A DNA stretch of 64,000 bases from the NCBI GenBank assembly GCA_034430775.1, contig DAOUDU010000248.1, positions 144,120-208,119 of the forward strand, given 5' to 3'. How positions within the stretch are numbered: the first letter of the stretch is position 1; each line of letters begins with the position of its first letter. Made by a program: the position numbers and the translations under genes. Below the pieces are notes generated by a model. The model saw nothing but the letters and a program-made list of their open reading frames with translations, was not told where the DNA came from and searched no databases. The DNA is from Anaerolineales bacterium (GTDB taxonomy: Bacteria; Chloroflexota; Anaerolineae; Anaerolineales; RBG-16-64-43). Positions 1 to 9,842 of the stretch are shown one piece after another.

Positions 1-1706
1 CAAATCGCCGGATTTCCGGATGCGGATAATTCGGCCGGCTTTTCCGGATCATTCAGATCCCAAACGAGTACCGATCCATCCTCCAATCCGCCGGCCAGGA
101 GCAGCGCCCCTTCTTCCGCAGGTTGAAGGAAGGCAAGGCTGGTTATCCGTGATGGGATGGATAGATTGCGGTTCACTCCGGTATCCAAATCCGCAAGCGT
201 GAGCACGCCGTTCCCCCCGGCGGCCAGAATCTTCCCGTCCGGTGAGAAGGCAAGCGCCCGCACCCCCATCACGCGAAACTCGGTTCGGGGGGAAAGCGTT
301 TCCAGATTGATCAGGCGCACGATTCCGGGCAATCCATCCGCGGTGGCAAGAATTCCGCCGCGGGGAGAGAATTCGGCGGAGAGATTAGCCTTGCTGGCCG
401 GGCGCGGATTTCCAATCGGAAACACCTCTCCCTTGGAGAAGTTCCACAGGTAGGTCATCCCATTTTCCACGCTCAACGCGGCCCAATCCCCGGCTGGAAA
501 GAATGCCGTCGAGCGTATCCCGCCGAGCATATCCGAAAAGACCCGGATTTCCGCGAGTGACTGCGCGTCCAGAATCATCGCGCGCTCGCCGATGGAGACC
601 GCCGCCAGTTGGGTATCGTCAGGGGAAAATTGCAATGCGTCGATTTTTGTGAAAGTGGCGGCTTTCTCGCGCAACAGGCTACCCGATTCCGGATCCCAAA
701 TTTTGATCATACCGTCGCCCGCGCTGGTCGCCAGCCTGTCCCCGTCGGAATTCCAGGCGGCGCTCCAGGCGCCGTAGGCATGCCCTTGCAGGAGCGCAAG
801 CGGCTCCCCGGAGGCGTAATCCCACAATTGAACAGTGCCGTCCCCGCAGGCGGAAGCCAGCCGGCTGCCGTCCGGGGAAAAAGCGATGCCAAACAGCAAT
901 CCGAACTGTGTTTGCAGGCGCGGAAGTTCCTCTCCCGTCGCCAAATTCCACCGGGAGAGATACCCCTGGTCGCCGCCCGTCACCAAAACCGTATCATCCG
1001 GTGAAAAGGCAAGGCTGCGAATGCCGTACCCCCAGTACCCGAGCAGCGGATTGGTGAACCGGTAGCGGGCCATTCCGGATTTTAAATCCCACACAGCGAC
1101 GGATCCATCTTCGGCGCCCGAGGCGAGGAACGCCGATGTCTGCCCCTCCCGTGTCCATCCGGAGAAGGCCAGACCGTGCACCGGCCGCGCGTGCCAGAGG
1201 AGTCGCTGCAGCGTTTTTCCCGATGCGGCATCGAGGACCAGCACCGATCCATCCTTAAACCCGGCTGCCAGCAATTCACCGTCGGGAGAATATCGGACCG
1301 CCAGAACCGGCGAGGTATAAGCAAAACCTGCGGCCGATGTCCAATCTGATGTGAAAAGGATCTCCACGCCGCGCGATGTTCCGATGGCCAGGCGCGACCC
1401 ATCCGGGGAAAACGCGGCGGCGGCGGGCCAACCGCGTCCAAAATATCCCAGTTCCGTCAACGCATCCAGGTTCGCACGGGAAAGGATTTCCCGACCGGGA
1501 AGAAGAGAATTGGTTTGAATGGATATCCGCTCGCCCGGAAGGGTGGGGGAAAAAGGGGACACGCCGGATATTTGCGTGGAATCCACTGTCGGGGAAGCGT
1601 GCATTTGCGGCGGAGGATTCGATGCGATGCTGAGTCCCAGGATCACGATGACCGCCAATCCTGCCAAACTCATGATTGATCGCATGACGACTTTGCGCGT
1701 AGTCAT
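1..1706 (-). CDS. WD40/beta-propeller repeat protein with N-terminal membrane anchor; 3' end runs off the window
   Basis: Reverse translation from ATG 1706 (AAGGTGG ~10 nt upstream) gives MTTRKVVMRSIMSLAGLAVIVILGLSIAS. Recurring WD-like units follow: FSPDGSRLAIG, YSPDGELLAAGFKDGSVLVLD, GAEDGSVAVWDL, GDGTVQLWD, DGMIKIWD. I checked every tta/cta/tca on the plus strand from 1 to 1706 and none is in this frame. The gene is missing from the ORF track because it has no stop inside the window. Confidence 0.85.
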   Translation of the reverse strand, partial: MTTRKVVMRSIMSLAGLAVIVILGLSIASNPPPQMHASPTVDSTQISGVSPFSPTLPGERISIQTNSLLPGREILSRANLDALTELGYFGRGWPAAAAFSPDGSRLAIGTSRGVEILFTSDWTSAAGFAYTSPVLAVRYSPDGELLAAGFKDGSVLVLDAASGKTLQRLLWHARPVHGLAFSGWTREGQTSAFLASGAEDGSVAVWDLKSGMARYRFTNPLLGYWGYGIRSLAFSPDDTVLVTGGDQGYLSRWNLATGEELPRLQTQFGLLFGIAFSPDGSRLASACGDGTVQLWDYASGEPLALLQGHAYGAWSAAWNSDGDRLATSAGDGMIKIWDPESGSLLREKAATFTKIDALQFSPDDTQLAAVSIGERAMILDAQSLAEIRVFSDMLGGIRSTAFFPAGDWAALSVENGMTYLWNFSKGEVFPIGNPRPASKANLSAEFSPRGGILATADGLPGIVRLINLETLSPRTEFRVMGVRALAFSPDGKILAAGGNGVLTLADLDTGVNRNLSIPSRITSLAFLQPAEEGALLLAGGLEDGSVLVWDLNDPEKPAELSASGNPAI

Positions 1707-1963
1707 TCCGTTTTGCCACCTTCGGCATCGTCCTGCTTGGAACGATCCGAGATCCATTGCAGCCCGGCCAAGACCAGGCTGATTAACCCTATGGGTATCA
1801 GCGCCACAAGAAAGAACGCCACGCCGCATCCCGCGGCCGGGGTTCCGTAGGTGACGGCAATCAGGACGGTCCCGACCACGAAAACCAGCCCCAAACCGCC
1901 GGCGAAAAGCCGTCGCTTGGTCTGGCGGGCGTGATGGTGAAGATCGACCGGTGGAATGCTCAT
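1703..1963 (-). CDS. small two-helix membrane protein
   Basis: ORF with two hydrophobic helices (GGLGLVFVVGTVLIAV and VAFFLVALIPIGLISLVLAGL). Its TGA overlaps the ATG of the WD40 gene (ATGA at 1703-1706). ATG 1963 is preferred over TTG 1969. Confidence 0.6.
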   Translation of the reverse strand: MSIPPVDLHHHARQTKRRLFAGGLGLVFVVGTVLIAVTYGTPAAGCGVAFFLVALIPIGLISLVLAGLQWISDRSKQDDAEGGKTE

Positions 1964-2099
1964 GCTCAACCTATCCCGCTGAAAATTGTATCACCCCGCT
2001 TCTGTGGTCCACTTGACGCGCACTTTTCGAGTGCTATGATTCAAGGACTGCCGGTACCCCGGGCAGATCCGGCGACATGCCCCCAGCGGAGAGCCAAAT

Positions 2100-3035
2100 T
2101 TGGTCATCCTCGAATTACGAGAACTTGCAATAGTGCTTGATCGGAAGGCGGCCGCCATCCAGCGTGAGTTCACCTCGATTGCCGACAACCTCGCCATTCT
2201 GCGCCGTAAATGGGTGGAAGAGGAGGAAACCGAGCGTCCACGCATCGTCAAGGAACAGGAAGCTCTCAAGGACAAACAAATGCTCCTGGCGGATCAGGTA
2301 AATGTGTGGCGCGACCGCATCCGCGCGATCGAAAATCCCTCGGGTGAGAAAGCGATGCTGACCGCGCTGGAGGAACTCCTCGGCTGCGGGGATGTGGAGG
2401 TGGTCGAGGCCGTAAAACGGGCAAAGCAGATCATGGCCATGGACCCGGAAGAGAAGGCCGCGCTTTTCAATAAAGCCGCCGCCGCAACGGCCAACACTCC
2501 GGTCGGCCGGCTGGTCCAGCGCGCGCAGACTTCCTACGATCTTCGCAGTGGAGGTGCCCGGGTCCGACAGGAAACGGCGGTGGAATTTTCCAACCGCTCG
2601 GGCATGTCCCAGGATGAATCGATCATCGCGGATCTTGAAGCCGCGCTGGAAGATCCCGACCCAGTGGTTTCAGATGTCGCCATCCGAACGCTGGTCCAAA
2701 TTCTGCGGTTTCGGGCTGTACGCGCCGCCGAACTGGATACAGGCCAGGCGGCAGTCCAGAAGCTTGTGAAAATCCAGAATCCCGTTGTCATCCCGGTCTT
2801 GATTGAGATACTTAAAAACCCGCGCCAGGGATATCTCCTGGTCGATGGGAATCTTCAGGAAGGATCCAACGGTCCCGCGCGGCTGTTGGCGCTAATCGCC
2901 CTGGTGGAATTCCGCACCAAGGAAGCCCAAGATGTCATCCGTATGCGCCGCTTTGACAAGGATTCGAATATCGCCAATGCGGCCGAACGCGCGTTGGAGG
3001 CCTTCCCGGGCGAGTGGTCCGGAAGAACCGCGTAA
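2100..3035 (+). CDS. hypothetical protein, coiled-coil N-terminus and HEAT/armadillo-like C-terminus
   Basis: 311-aa ORF with a TTG start and GGAGAG 7 nt upstream. The C-terminal half has HEAT-like helices (AIRTLVQILR, VIPVLIEILKNP, ALIALVEF, ANAAERALEAF). No family recognised. Confidence 0.65.
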   Translation: MVILELRELAIVLDRKAAAIQREFTSIADNLAILRRKWVEEEETERPRIVKEQEALKDKQMLLADQVNVWRDRIRAIENPSGEKAMLTALEELLGCGDVEVVEAVKRAKQIMAMDPEEKAALFNKAAAATANTPVGRLVQRAQTSYDLRSGGARVRQETAVEFSNRSGMSQDESIIADLEAALEDPDPVVSDVAIRTLVQILRFRAVRAAELDTGQAAVQKLVKIQNPVVIPVLIEILKNPRQGYLLVDGNLQEGSNGPARLLALIALVEFRTKEAQDVIRMRRFDKDSNIANAAERALEAFPGEWSGRTA

Positions 3036-3048
3036 AAAGGAGGTCCGC

Positions 3049-3378
3049 ATGGATTCATCCATGACCAGCACCGCTTTCACAATTGAAGGATACCGGATCG
3101 TCCGCAACCTCGGGATCGTGCGCGGCATTACCGTCCGTTCGCGCAGCGTCCTTGGTAATTTTGCGGGCGGGATCCAGACGATCTTCGGCGGGAATATCAC
3201 CATCTTCACCGAATTATGTGAACACGCCCGCCTGGAAGCCTTCCAGCTGCTGCTGGAGCACGCGCAAGCTCTTGGCGCCAATGCGATTATCGGTGTCCGA
3301 TACGATGCCAACGATGTCATGGAGGGGGTCACGGAAGTTCTGGCGTACGGCACTGCGGTCATCGTGGAAAAAGCATAA
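3049..3378 (+). CDS. YbjQ/UPF0145 family protein
   Basis: AAGGAGG lies 6 nt before ATG 3049. The sequence TAFTIEGYRIVRNLGIVRG...GANAIIGVRYD...AYGTAVIV is typical of YbjQ. The track ORF 2932 start is a spurious upstream extension. Confidence 0.85.
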   Translation: MDSSMTSTAFTIEGYRIVRNLGIVRGITVRSRSVLGNFAGGIQTIFGGNITIFTELCEHARLEAFQLLLEHAQALGANAIIGVRYDANDVMEGVTEVLAYGTAVIVEKA

Positions 3379-3417
3379 CCGCCCGCATCCCTGCGGACGG
3401 GAGCGAAAGGGATCCCG

Positions 3418-3978
3418 ATGTTGTCGGATGCATGCAAAGAAAAATTACTAACCATCGCCCGGGATTCGATTGCCTCGCAGTTGAGGGACAAAATTGAATC
3501 GCGGCTCGACCTTTCTTCGCTCCCGCCGGAGCTGCAGGCCCCGGGCGCCTGTTTTGTCACCCTGACCCTTGCCGGAAATTTACGCGGATGCATCGGCAGC
3601 CTGGAAGCCCGCCAGCCGCTTGCCGCGGATGTCCAGGAACATGCCGGCGATGCGGCATTCCGTGATTTCCGCTTTTCTCCGCTGAGCGAATCCGAATTTA
3701 AAGATCTGCACATCGAAGTATCCGTATTAAGCGCTCCGGTGCCCCTTCATTATGCCAATCCGGAAGCTCTCCCCGGTCTGCTGCATCCGGGCGATGACGG
3801 CGTTATCCTCGCCCGCGGAATGCGCCGCGCCACCTTCCTCCCGCAGGTATGGGAACAGGTGCCCGACCCGACTTCGTTTCTGGATATGCTGTGCGAGAAA
3901 ATGGGATTCGATTACGATCTGTGGCGCCGGGAAAAGCTCGATGTGTCAATCTATCATGTGGAGAGTTTCGAAGAATAA
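3418..3978 (+). CDS. AMMECR1 domain protein
   Basis: Motifs GACFVTL, LRGCIGSLEA and RRATFLPQVWEQ are characteristic of AMMECR1. Confidence 0.85.
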   Translation: MLSDACKEKLLTIARDSIASQLRDKIESRLDLSSLPPELQAPGACFVTLTLAGNLRGCIGSLEARQPLAADVQEHAGDAAFRDFRFSPLSESEFKDLHIEVSVLSAPVPLHYANPEALPGLLHPGDDGVILARGMRRATFLPQVWEQVPDPTSFLDMLCEKMGFDYDLWRREKLDVSIYHVESFEE

Positions 3979-4000
3979 GCGGAAAATGCCCCTTCTGCTA

Positions 4001-4160
4001 ATGACCATCGACGATCGGACCATGAACCGTCGCCAGGGAGTGATAGAAAAACCGGGTTCTCCCATCCGCATTATGCCGCAGCCGGAGGGACAGTAAGAAC
4101 CTCCGGCCTTGAGAGATTGGTACCCGTAGGATTACCCGCTATCGTCTATGGTCGATAGTC
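4001..4160. repeat. family-2 inverted-repeat element, copy A (convergent junction) with a central 8-bp hairpin
   Basis: Left arm ATGACCATCGACGATCGGACCATGAACCGTCG (4001-4032). Right arm GCTATCGTCTATGGTCGATAGTC (4138-4160). Central hairpin GCCGGAGG-11 nt-CCTCCGGC (4081-4107). Confidence 0.55.
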
Positions 4161-4192
4161 TGCAAATTGAGGTTACGTATTAGCCGCCAAAA

Positions 4193-4696
4193 CTAGAATT
4201 TCTTAAATACTTCATGTTTCGCGCCGCAGACCGGGCACACATCCGGCGCAATTCCCTCCATCGTAAATCCGCAGACGGGGCAGACGTAATACTCCACTTC
4301 CCGGATGTCCTTCCCGGCCGAAAGGTTGGTCGACGCGCTGCGGTATAACCCCAGGTGGACCTTCTCCGTCTGTAATGCATTTTGCATGGAGCGCTGCGCC
4401 CGTTTTTCGGCCTGCTGCTCGGCGATCGTGATATACGAAGGGTACATTTCCTCGATTTCGAATTCCTCGCCGCCGGCGGCCGCCGTTAAATTGGACGGGG
4501 TATCCTGAATTCCATCCAGCGCCTTTAAATGATTGCCGGCGTGGATCTGCTCGGACAACGCCGCTGCCGCGAACAACCGCGCGATGTTGTCCAGACCTTC
4601 TTTTTTCGCGGTTTCCGCAAAATACAGGTATCGGATATGGGCCTGGCTTTCGCCGGCGAAGGCCGCTTGCAGATTGTCGTTCGTGATTTTTTTCAT
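4193..4696 (-). CDS. rbr: rubrerythrin
   Basis: N-terminal ferritin-like di-iron helices (AGESQAHIRYLYFA, EEFEIEEMYP) plus a C-terminal rubredoxin-like CPVCG...CPVCG. Confidence 0.9.
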   Translation of the reverse strand: MKKITNDNLQAAFAGESQAHIRYLYFAETAKKEGLDNIARLFAAAALSEQIHAGNHLKALDGIQDTPSNLTAAAGGEEFEIEEMYPSYITIAEQQAEKRAQRSMQNALQTEKVHLGLYRSASTNLSAGKDIREVEYYVCPVCGFTMEGIAPDVCPVCGAKHEVFKKF

Positions 4697-4811
4697 GGCT
4701 TCCTCTCTCTAAACAGAGACGCACATCCATCACGCCTCGCAACGGTTTTCTTCCTGCCCAAACGAGTGAACCGGAAAAAGCAGTGCATGAAGGAAATAAC
4801 TGTTCCCTGCG

Positions 4812-4840
4812 TTGCCATTCCCGGATCATAATTGTACAAT
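4812..4840 (+). promoter_or_regulatory. sigma70-type promoter TTGCCA-17-TACAAT
   Basis: -35 at 4812-4817 and -10 at 4835-4840 with a 17-nt spacer. It lies 15 nt before ATG 4856, so the leader would be very short. Confidence 0.4.
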
Positions 4841-4855
4841 ATCTGTTCAAAAGCT

Positions 4856-5587
4856 ATGCCGCGCTCCCTCCTGGTTCTCATGGTGTTTGTTTCCCTGCTC
4901 ACAACCTTCCGCTCCCCTCCAGTGCTTCTGCTGTGGGAACGGGGGGAATGGATTACCGCCTCTCCACGTCCAACCCATCCCCCGGTACCTCTACTCGAAG
5001 CCGACCTGGATTCTGACGGATCGATGGAACGGATTGTCTCCCGCGACGGGCAAATCACCATACTGCGCAACGCCGCACGCCTCTGGTCCACTCCATCGGA
5101 GTGGGAAGTAACTTTGGTGCAGATCGCCGACGTAAATCAGGACGGCCAGCCGGAAGTCGTCATGGCGGTTTGGCGGCCGTTCAAGCCGTGGCCGGTCGAT
5201 GCCTGGCTTCCCCACGGCGGGCGGATCACCGGGTTTCACGATGCACAGAATCGTTCTTGTCATATAATCCTCTGGGGATGGGGGGGGACGCGTTTCCGCG
5301 AATTATGGGCAGGATCCGCAATGGCGGAACCCGTACTTGCCTTTTTCGCCGCCGACTGGGATGCCGACGGCCGCGACGAACTCATGACGGTGGAAACCGC
5401 GTATGATCTACCCACCCAGGGCAGGGCGGTCGCGTTGTGGAAATGGAACGGGTTCGGTTTTTCGCTGATGAACCGCTGGAACACCGGCTTCGGCCGCTTC
5501 GTGCTATTGCAGGATGAGACCGGCATTCCCGGAGTCTTGTTGGATCCCATGAACGGCCGGTTTACCAGAAGGAGCGAACATGGCTAA
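4856..5587 (+). CDS. secreted FG-GAP/VCBS-like repeat protein
   Basis: Starting at ATG 4856 gives the signal-like MPRSLLVLMVFVSLLTTF. Three DxDxDG-type loops are present: DLDSDGSMERIV, DVNQDGQPEVVM and DWDADGRDELMT. Confidence 0.7.
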   Translation: MPRSLLVLMVFVSLLTTFRSPPVLLLWERGEWITASPRPTHPPVPLLEADLDSDGSMERIVSRDGQITILRNAARLWSTPSEWEVTLVQIADVNQDGQPEVVMAVWRPFKPWPVDAWLPHGGRITGFHDAQNRSCHIILWGWGGTRFRELWAGSAMAEPVLAFFAADWDADGRDELMTVETAYDLPTQGRAVALWKWNGFGFSLMNRWNTGFGRFVLLQDETGIPGVLLDPMNGRFTRRSEHG

Positions 5588-7784
5588 AAAACGAATCGCC
5601 TCCGTCTTCGGTGTGATCTGTCTTTTTGCGGGAACGGCGCTGGCCTGCAACCTGATGCCGGTCTCATCTACGCTTGAGGCAGCGACCGCCGCCGCGACCG
5701 GAACCACAGGCAAACCGACACTGACACCCCCCGCCAACGCCTATTCGGCCGCCTTCGCAGAATATCCCGCCATCACGGTCACGTTTCCGGCCGCTTTTAC
5801 CGGCGGGTACACCCTCCCGGTCGACCTCTCCCAGGTCCAGGGTGCCGATGCCTATCCCTTGAGCGCCGGACAGAAGAGCGGTTTGTCTGCCAACGGGTTT
5901 GTCGTTAAACCGCCGGTTCCAGGCCAGTTCAGGGAATTCTACCAAGCGTACGAATCCCTCCGTTACAATGAAACGCCGGTTTTCGTGACGACCGATTCCG
6001 TATTTCATATCTACCATTTGATCTTCGATAGAATGCTTCGCGACCTCGAGCGCGATTATTTCATCGCCACGCTCAAGCCGCTCACCGCCACGCTCGTCTC
6101 CGCCTCACACGAACAATTCGTGCAATCCCAGGGGACCCCGCTTGAGGAGCCGGCGCGGCGCAACGTTGCCTTCTTTGCAGTTGCAGGAGCCCTGCTGGGC
6201 ATGCCGGATGCGATCCCAGCGGAAGCCGCCGATCTGGTCTCCGCGGAACTGGCGTTGATCAACAGCGCCGCCGGACCGGATATCTCACCAATCTGGGACC
6301 GCACGGATCTGGCGGATGACAAGAAACTTCGCGAGGATTACAGTCAATACATCCCGCGCGGTCACTATACTAAAAGCGAAGAACTGAAGCAGTACTTCAA
6401 GGCAATGATGTGGTACGGCCGGATGACCTTCCGCCTGCGGGATGCCTTCGAAACCCAGCGCGCGCTGCTGGCCACCCAGGCCCTACGCACCAGCACCGCG
6501 CCGGACGGTGTGCCGGCCGAGACGCTGTGGAAGAACATATACGAGCCGACCGTGTTTATCGTCGGCAAGGCGGACGATCTCTCCTTCACCGAATACGGCG
6601 CGCTTTCAGATTCGGTGTTCGGCGCCGGGGCACCAATTTCCGCTTTTGCGGACTCCGGCAAGATCGCCGAATTCCTGGAGGCCGCCAAGTCCCTCCCGCC
6701 GCCCCAGGTCAATTCGATGTGGGTTTGGATCTGGGAAGATAAGACCGAAGCCACCAAAGGCTTCCGCCTGATGGGGCAGCGCTTCACCCTTGATGAATAT
6801 GTCTTCGGCCAGATGATCTGGCGCAACGTCGGCACACTGCAAAACCCGCGCGGCCTGCCCAAGGCGCTGGATTTCTTCGCGGCACTGGGTTCGGACGAAG
6901 CGCTGTCGCTCCTGCGCGGAACGGGCGAGGATCAGTACGAAAACTTCGACAAGCAGATGACGAAGGTTCAGGGGGAGATCGCCGCGCTGCAATCCGATAC
7001 CTGGACCCAAAACCTTTATTACGCTTGGTTATATTCGTTTCAACCGCTGATTGCCGTCAAAGACGCCCGCTTCCCCGCCTTTATGCAAAATCAGGCGTGG
7101 ACCCGGAAGGACCTTCACACAGCGCTCGCATCCTGGACCGAACTCAAGCACGATACGATTCTATACGCCAAACAGGTCATGGCCGAGTTGGGCGGCGGCG
7201 GTGCACCGGAACCTCCTCAAGGATATGTCGAACCCAATCCGGAAGCCTATGCCCGCCTGCGGGCATTGGCGATGATGACCCGCTCCGGTCTCTTGGCGCG
7301 CAACCTGCTTTCAGAAACCACCGGCGGAAACCTGGATAACCTGATCGACCTGCTGGAATTCCTGCAATCGGCATCGGAGAGGGAGCTCGCCGGGCAGGCG
7401 CTCACCACCGACGAGTATTGGCGGATCCAGTATTACGGCGGCGCACTGGAAGCGCTCACCGTGGCGGCCGCGGACCGGGATGAGAATTCTTACAATTACA
7501 AGGATCTCTCCGATCAGAAAGCCGCGCTGGTCGCGGACGTTGCCACCGGATTGAATGAGGACGGGGATTTGGTCGTCCTGGAAGAAGGGGTCGGCCAACC
7601 CGCGCTGGTCATCGTCGTCTTCCCGGATACACCATGGCGGATCGGTGTCGGTGCCGTATTCACCTATTATGAATTCGTGGTTCCGCCCGGTGATCGCATG
7701 ACCGATGAAACCTGGCAGGCGATGGTGGAAGGCGGCACGGCGCCTCCCGCACCGGATTGGACATCCCTGTTCATCATGGCCTGA
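5580..7784 (+). CDS. secreted or lipoprotein-like DUF3160-type protein
   Basis: 734 aa with the signal MAKKRIASVFGVICLFAGTALAC. Overlaps the upstream gene by 8 nt. Motifs such as IPRGHYTKSEELKQYFKAMMWYGR match my memory of DUF3160; the family name is unverified. Confidence 0.8.
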   Translation: MAKKRIASVFGVICLFAGTALACNLMPVSSTLEAATAAATGTTGKPTLTPPANAYSAAFAEYPAITVTFPAAFTGGYTLPVDLSQVQGADAYPLSAGQKSGLSANGFVVKPPVPGQFREFYQAYESLRYNETPVFVTTDSVFHIYHLIFDRMLRDLERDYFIATLKPLTATLVSASHEQFVQSQGTPLEEPARRNVAFFAVAGALLGMPDAIPAEAADLVSAELALINSAAGPDISPIWDRTDLADDKKLREDYSQYIPRGHYTKSEELKQYFKAMMWYGRMTFRLRDAFETQRALLATQALRTSTAPDGVPAETLWKNIYEPTVFIVGKADDLSFTEYGALSDSVFGAGAPISAFADSGKIAEFLEAAKSLPPPQVNSMWVWIWEDKTEATKGFRLMGQRFTLDEYVFGQMIWRNVGTLQNPRGLPKALDFFAALGSDEALSLLRGTGEDQYENFDKQMTKVQGEIAALQSDTWTQNLYYAWLYSFQPLIAVKDARFPAFMQNQAWTRKDLHTALASWTELKHDTILYAKQVMAELGGGGAPEPPQGYVEPNPEAYARLRALAMMTRSGLLARNLLSETTGGNLDNLIDLLEFLQSASERELAGQALTTDEYWRIQYYGGALEALTVAAADRDENSYNYKDLSDQKAALVADVATGLNEDGDLVVLEEGVGQPALVIVVFPDTPWRIGVGAVFTYYEFVVPPGDRMTDETWQAMVEGGTAPPAPDWTSLFIMA

Positions 7785-7814
7785 CCCGCGGTTTTTCCTT
7801 TCCCGGGGGAGCGG

Positions 7815-8813
7815 ATGAACGCGGAAGAAAGCCCGTCGCGCATGCAACCCTTCGCGAACATAAACCTTTCAACAATCAGACAGCGCACCTCCCCGGTGCG
7901 CTGTCTGATTGTTGCGGTTATCGCGGCGGTATTTCTTTCCGCCGGAGAATATCAACCGTCGGTGAGCCTTGTTTTCCTCGGCGACATCATGCTGGGCAGG
8001 GGGGTGGCGGAAGCGCACCCGGGGGGAGATTGGGAATCGGTGTTGCAATCCCTGCGACCCGTAACCCGCGCAGCCGATCTGGCACTTGCGAATTTGGAAT
8101 CGCCGATCGAGTGCGGCACAAACATGCCTCGCGATTCCGGGTCGCTCATTGCGTCATCCGCGGCCGCCGCGGCGCTGGCATCCGCCGGAATGAATATTGT
8201 TTCGACCGCAAATAATCATGCGCTGGACGCAGGATCCGAAGGGCGTACTTGCACACTCCAGGCGCTTTCCAAGCATAATATCCTTGCGGTGGATTTATAC
8301 TCCAATCCAGTAGAGATAAGCATCCGCGGTTTGAGAATCGTCTTTCTGGCAATTAATCTGGTCGGGGACGCGCCGCCGGATGCGGTTGTAGAGCTCGCAC
8401 GGGCTGCCCGCCGGGCGCATGAGTCGGGCAAGATAGTTGTGGTGTCGCTGCATTGGGGACTGGAGTATCAATCCGGGCACGACACGCTTCAGGAACAATT
8501 CGCCGCGCGGCTTGTGGATGCCGGCGCCGACATCCTTTGGGGGCATCACCCGCATGTGGTTCAGGAAATGGAGTGGCGAAGCGGGGCGCTGATCCTATAC
8601 AGCTTGGGGAATGCCGTCTTCGATCAACAGGAGCCGGAGACTGTCCGGCGCGGCGCCCTCGTCTGGGCGAATGTCGATCGGCGCGGCGTCCGTTCGATGA
8701 TGGTCCTTCCCTTTACCGTTGATCCGCGCCGCGGAAAAACAGGGCCACCGGACCTTCTAGCGATTCGATTCTCCACTCCCCCAATCCATTCCGGACAGGA
8801 TATAATTGCCTAA
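7815..8813 (+). CDS. CapA-family metallophosphoesterase-like protein (poly-gamma-glutamate capsule synthesis CapA-like)
   Basis: Motifs FLGDIMLGRGV, ANLESPI, STANNHALDAG and VSLHWGLEY, with an N-terminal TM segment. Confidence 0.8.
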   Translation: MNAEESPSRMQPFANINLSTIRQRTSPVRCLIVAVIAAVFLSAGEYQPSVSLVFLGDIMLGRGVAEAHPGGDWESVLQSLRPVTRAADLALANLESPIECGTNMPRDSGSLIASSAAAAALASAGMNIVSTANNHALDAGSEGRTCTLQALSKHNILAVDLYSNPVEISIRGLRIVFLAINLVGDAPPDAVVELARAARRAHESGKIVVVSLHWGLEYQSGHDTLQEQFAARLVDAGADILWGHHPHVVQEMEWRSGALILYSLGNAVFDQQEPETVRRGALVWANVDRRGVRSMMVLPFTVDPRRGKTGPPDLLAIRFSTPPIHSGQDIIA

Positions 8814-8883
8814 AATCGCATCGGGCCGTGATCCGCAAGCCGTTCATGGCCGGGAGCGTCTGATTCCAATAACCTCGGGAGAA

Positions 8884-9813
8884 ATGATGGAAAAAACAAA
8901 TTACAAAGGATGGGCCAACGCCATCCGCCTCTCCAATAATTCCGTCGAACTGATACTAACCGCCGACATCGGCCCGCGGGCTATCCGGTTCGGTTTCCCC
9001 GGTCAGGCCAATGAATTCGCGGAAGATGAAGAATGGGTCGGCAAGACCGGCGATCCCGAATTCCACACCTACGGCGGACACCGCTTGTGGCACGCCCCCG
9101 AATCGATTCCGCGGACCTATTCTCCCGACAACGACCCCGTAGTGGTGGAGGAAACGCCGCAGGGTCTACGACTGCTGCCGAAAGCAGAAGCCGCAACCGG
9201 AATCCAGAAGGAATGGCTTGTCAGGCTTTTCCCGTCGCAACCGCATGTCCGGATTCGCCATCGCCTGACCAATACGGGGCTTTGGCCGGTGCCACTGGCT
9301 CCATGGGCGATTACTGTCATGGCTCCCGGCGGTGTCGGCATCCTGCCGCTCCCCCCCCGGCGGCCGCATACCGAAAGCCTCCTGCCGACCAGCCGCTTGG
9401 CTGTCTGGTCGTACACCGATATGACCGATCCGCGCTGGCATTGGGGTGAAAAATTCATTCTCCTGCACCAGGATCCCAAGTTGCCGCATCCCCAGAAACT
9501 CGGCATCCTTGGCAGCGAGGGTTGGACAGGTTACTGCCGTGCCGATAACTTTTTTCTCAAATTGTATGACTTCCAGCCGGGCGCCGAATATCCGGATCAG
9601 GGCTGTGCGGCGGAACTTTTCACAAACGGAGAAATCCTCGAGGTAGAAACCCTCGGGCCGCTGGTCCGCCTGGATCCCGGCCAATCGGTGGATCATCAGG
9701 AGGATTGGTTCCTGTTCCAATCGGTTCCCACCCCGGGCGATGATGCGGATGTGGAGCGCCACGTCCTACCGAAGGTTAAGCAGGCGCGCGCGATTTTGTC
9801 TGCGGAAAAGTGA
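8884..9813 (+). CDS. hypothetical protein, possibly galactose-mutarotase-like (DUF4380-like)
   Basis: GGGAGAA precedes ATGATG at 8884. The motif YGGHRLWHAPE recalls DUF4380; the family assignment is tentative. Confidence 0.7.
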   Translation: MMEKTNYKGWANAIRLSNNSVELILTADIGPRAIRFGFPGQANEFAEDEEWVGKTGDPEFHTYGGHRLWHAPESIPRTYSPDNDPVVVEETPQGLRLLPKAEAATGIQKEWLVRLFPSQPHVRIRHRLTNTGLWPVPLAPWAITVMAPGGVGILPLPPRRPHTESLLPTSRLAVWSYTDMTDPRWHWGEKFILLHQDPKLPHPQKLGILGSEGWTGYCRADNFFLKLYDFQPGAEYPDQGCAAELFTNGEILEVETLGPLVRLDPGQSVDHQEDWFLFQSVPTPGDDADVERHVLPKVKQARAILSAEK

Positions 9814-9842
9814 ACGCGTGCCGCGGAGAAATTCCTCTTTGG

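Noticed and set aside
2892-3713. 273-aa minus-strand ORF spanning the YbjQ and AMMECR1 genes. Similar cases are 59142-60068, 37809-38591 and 28997-29947.
   Set aside because: These are antisense or alternate-frame ORFs overlapping well-supported genes, with Arg/Ser/Pro-rich junk-like translations.
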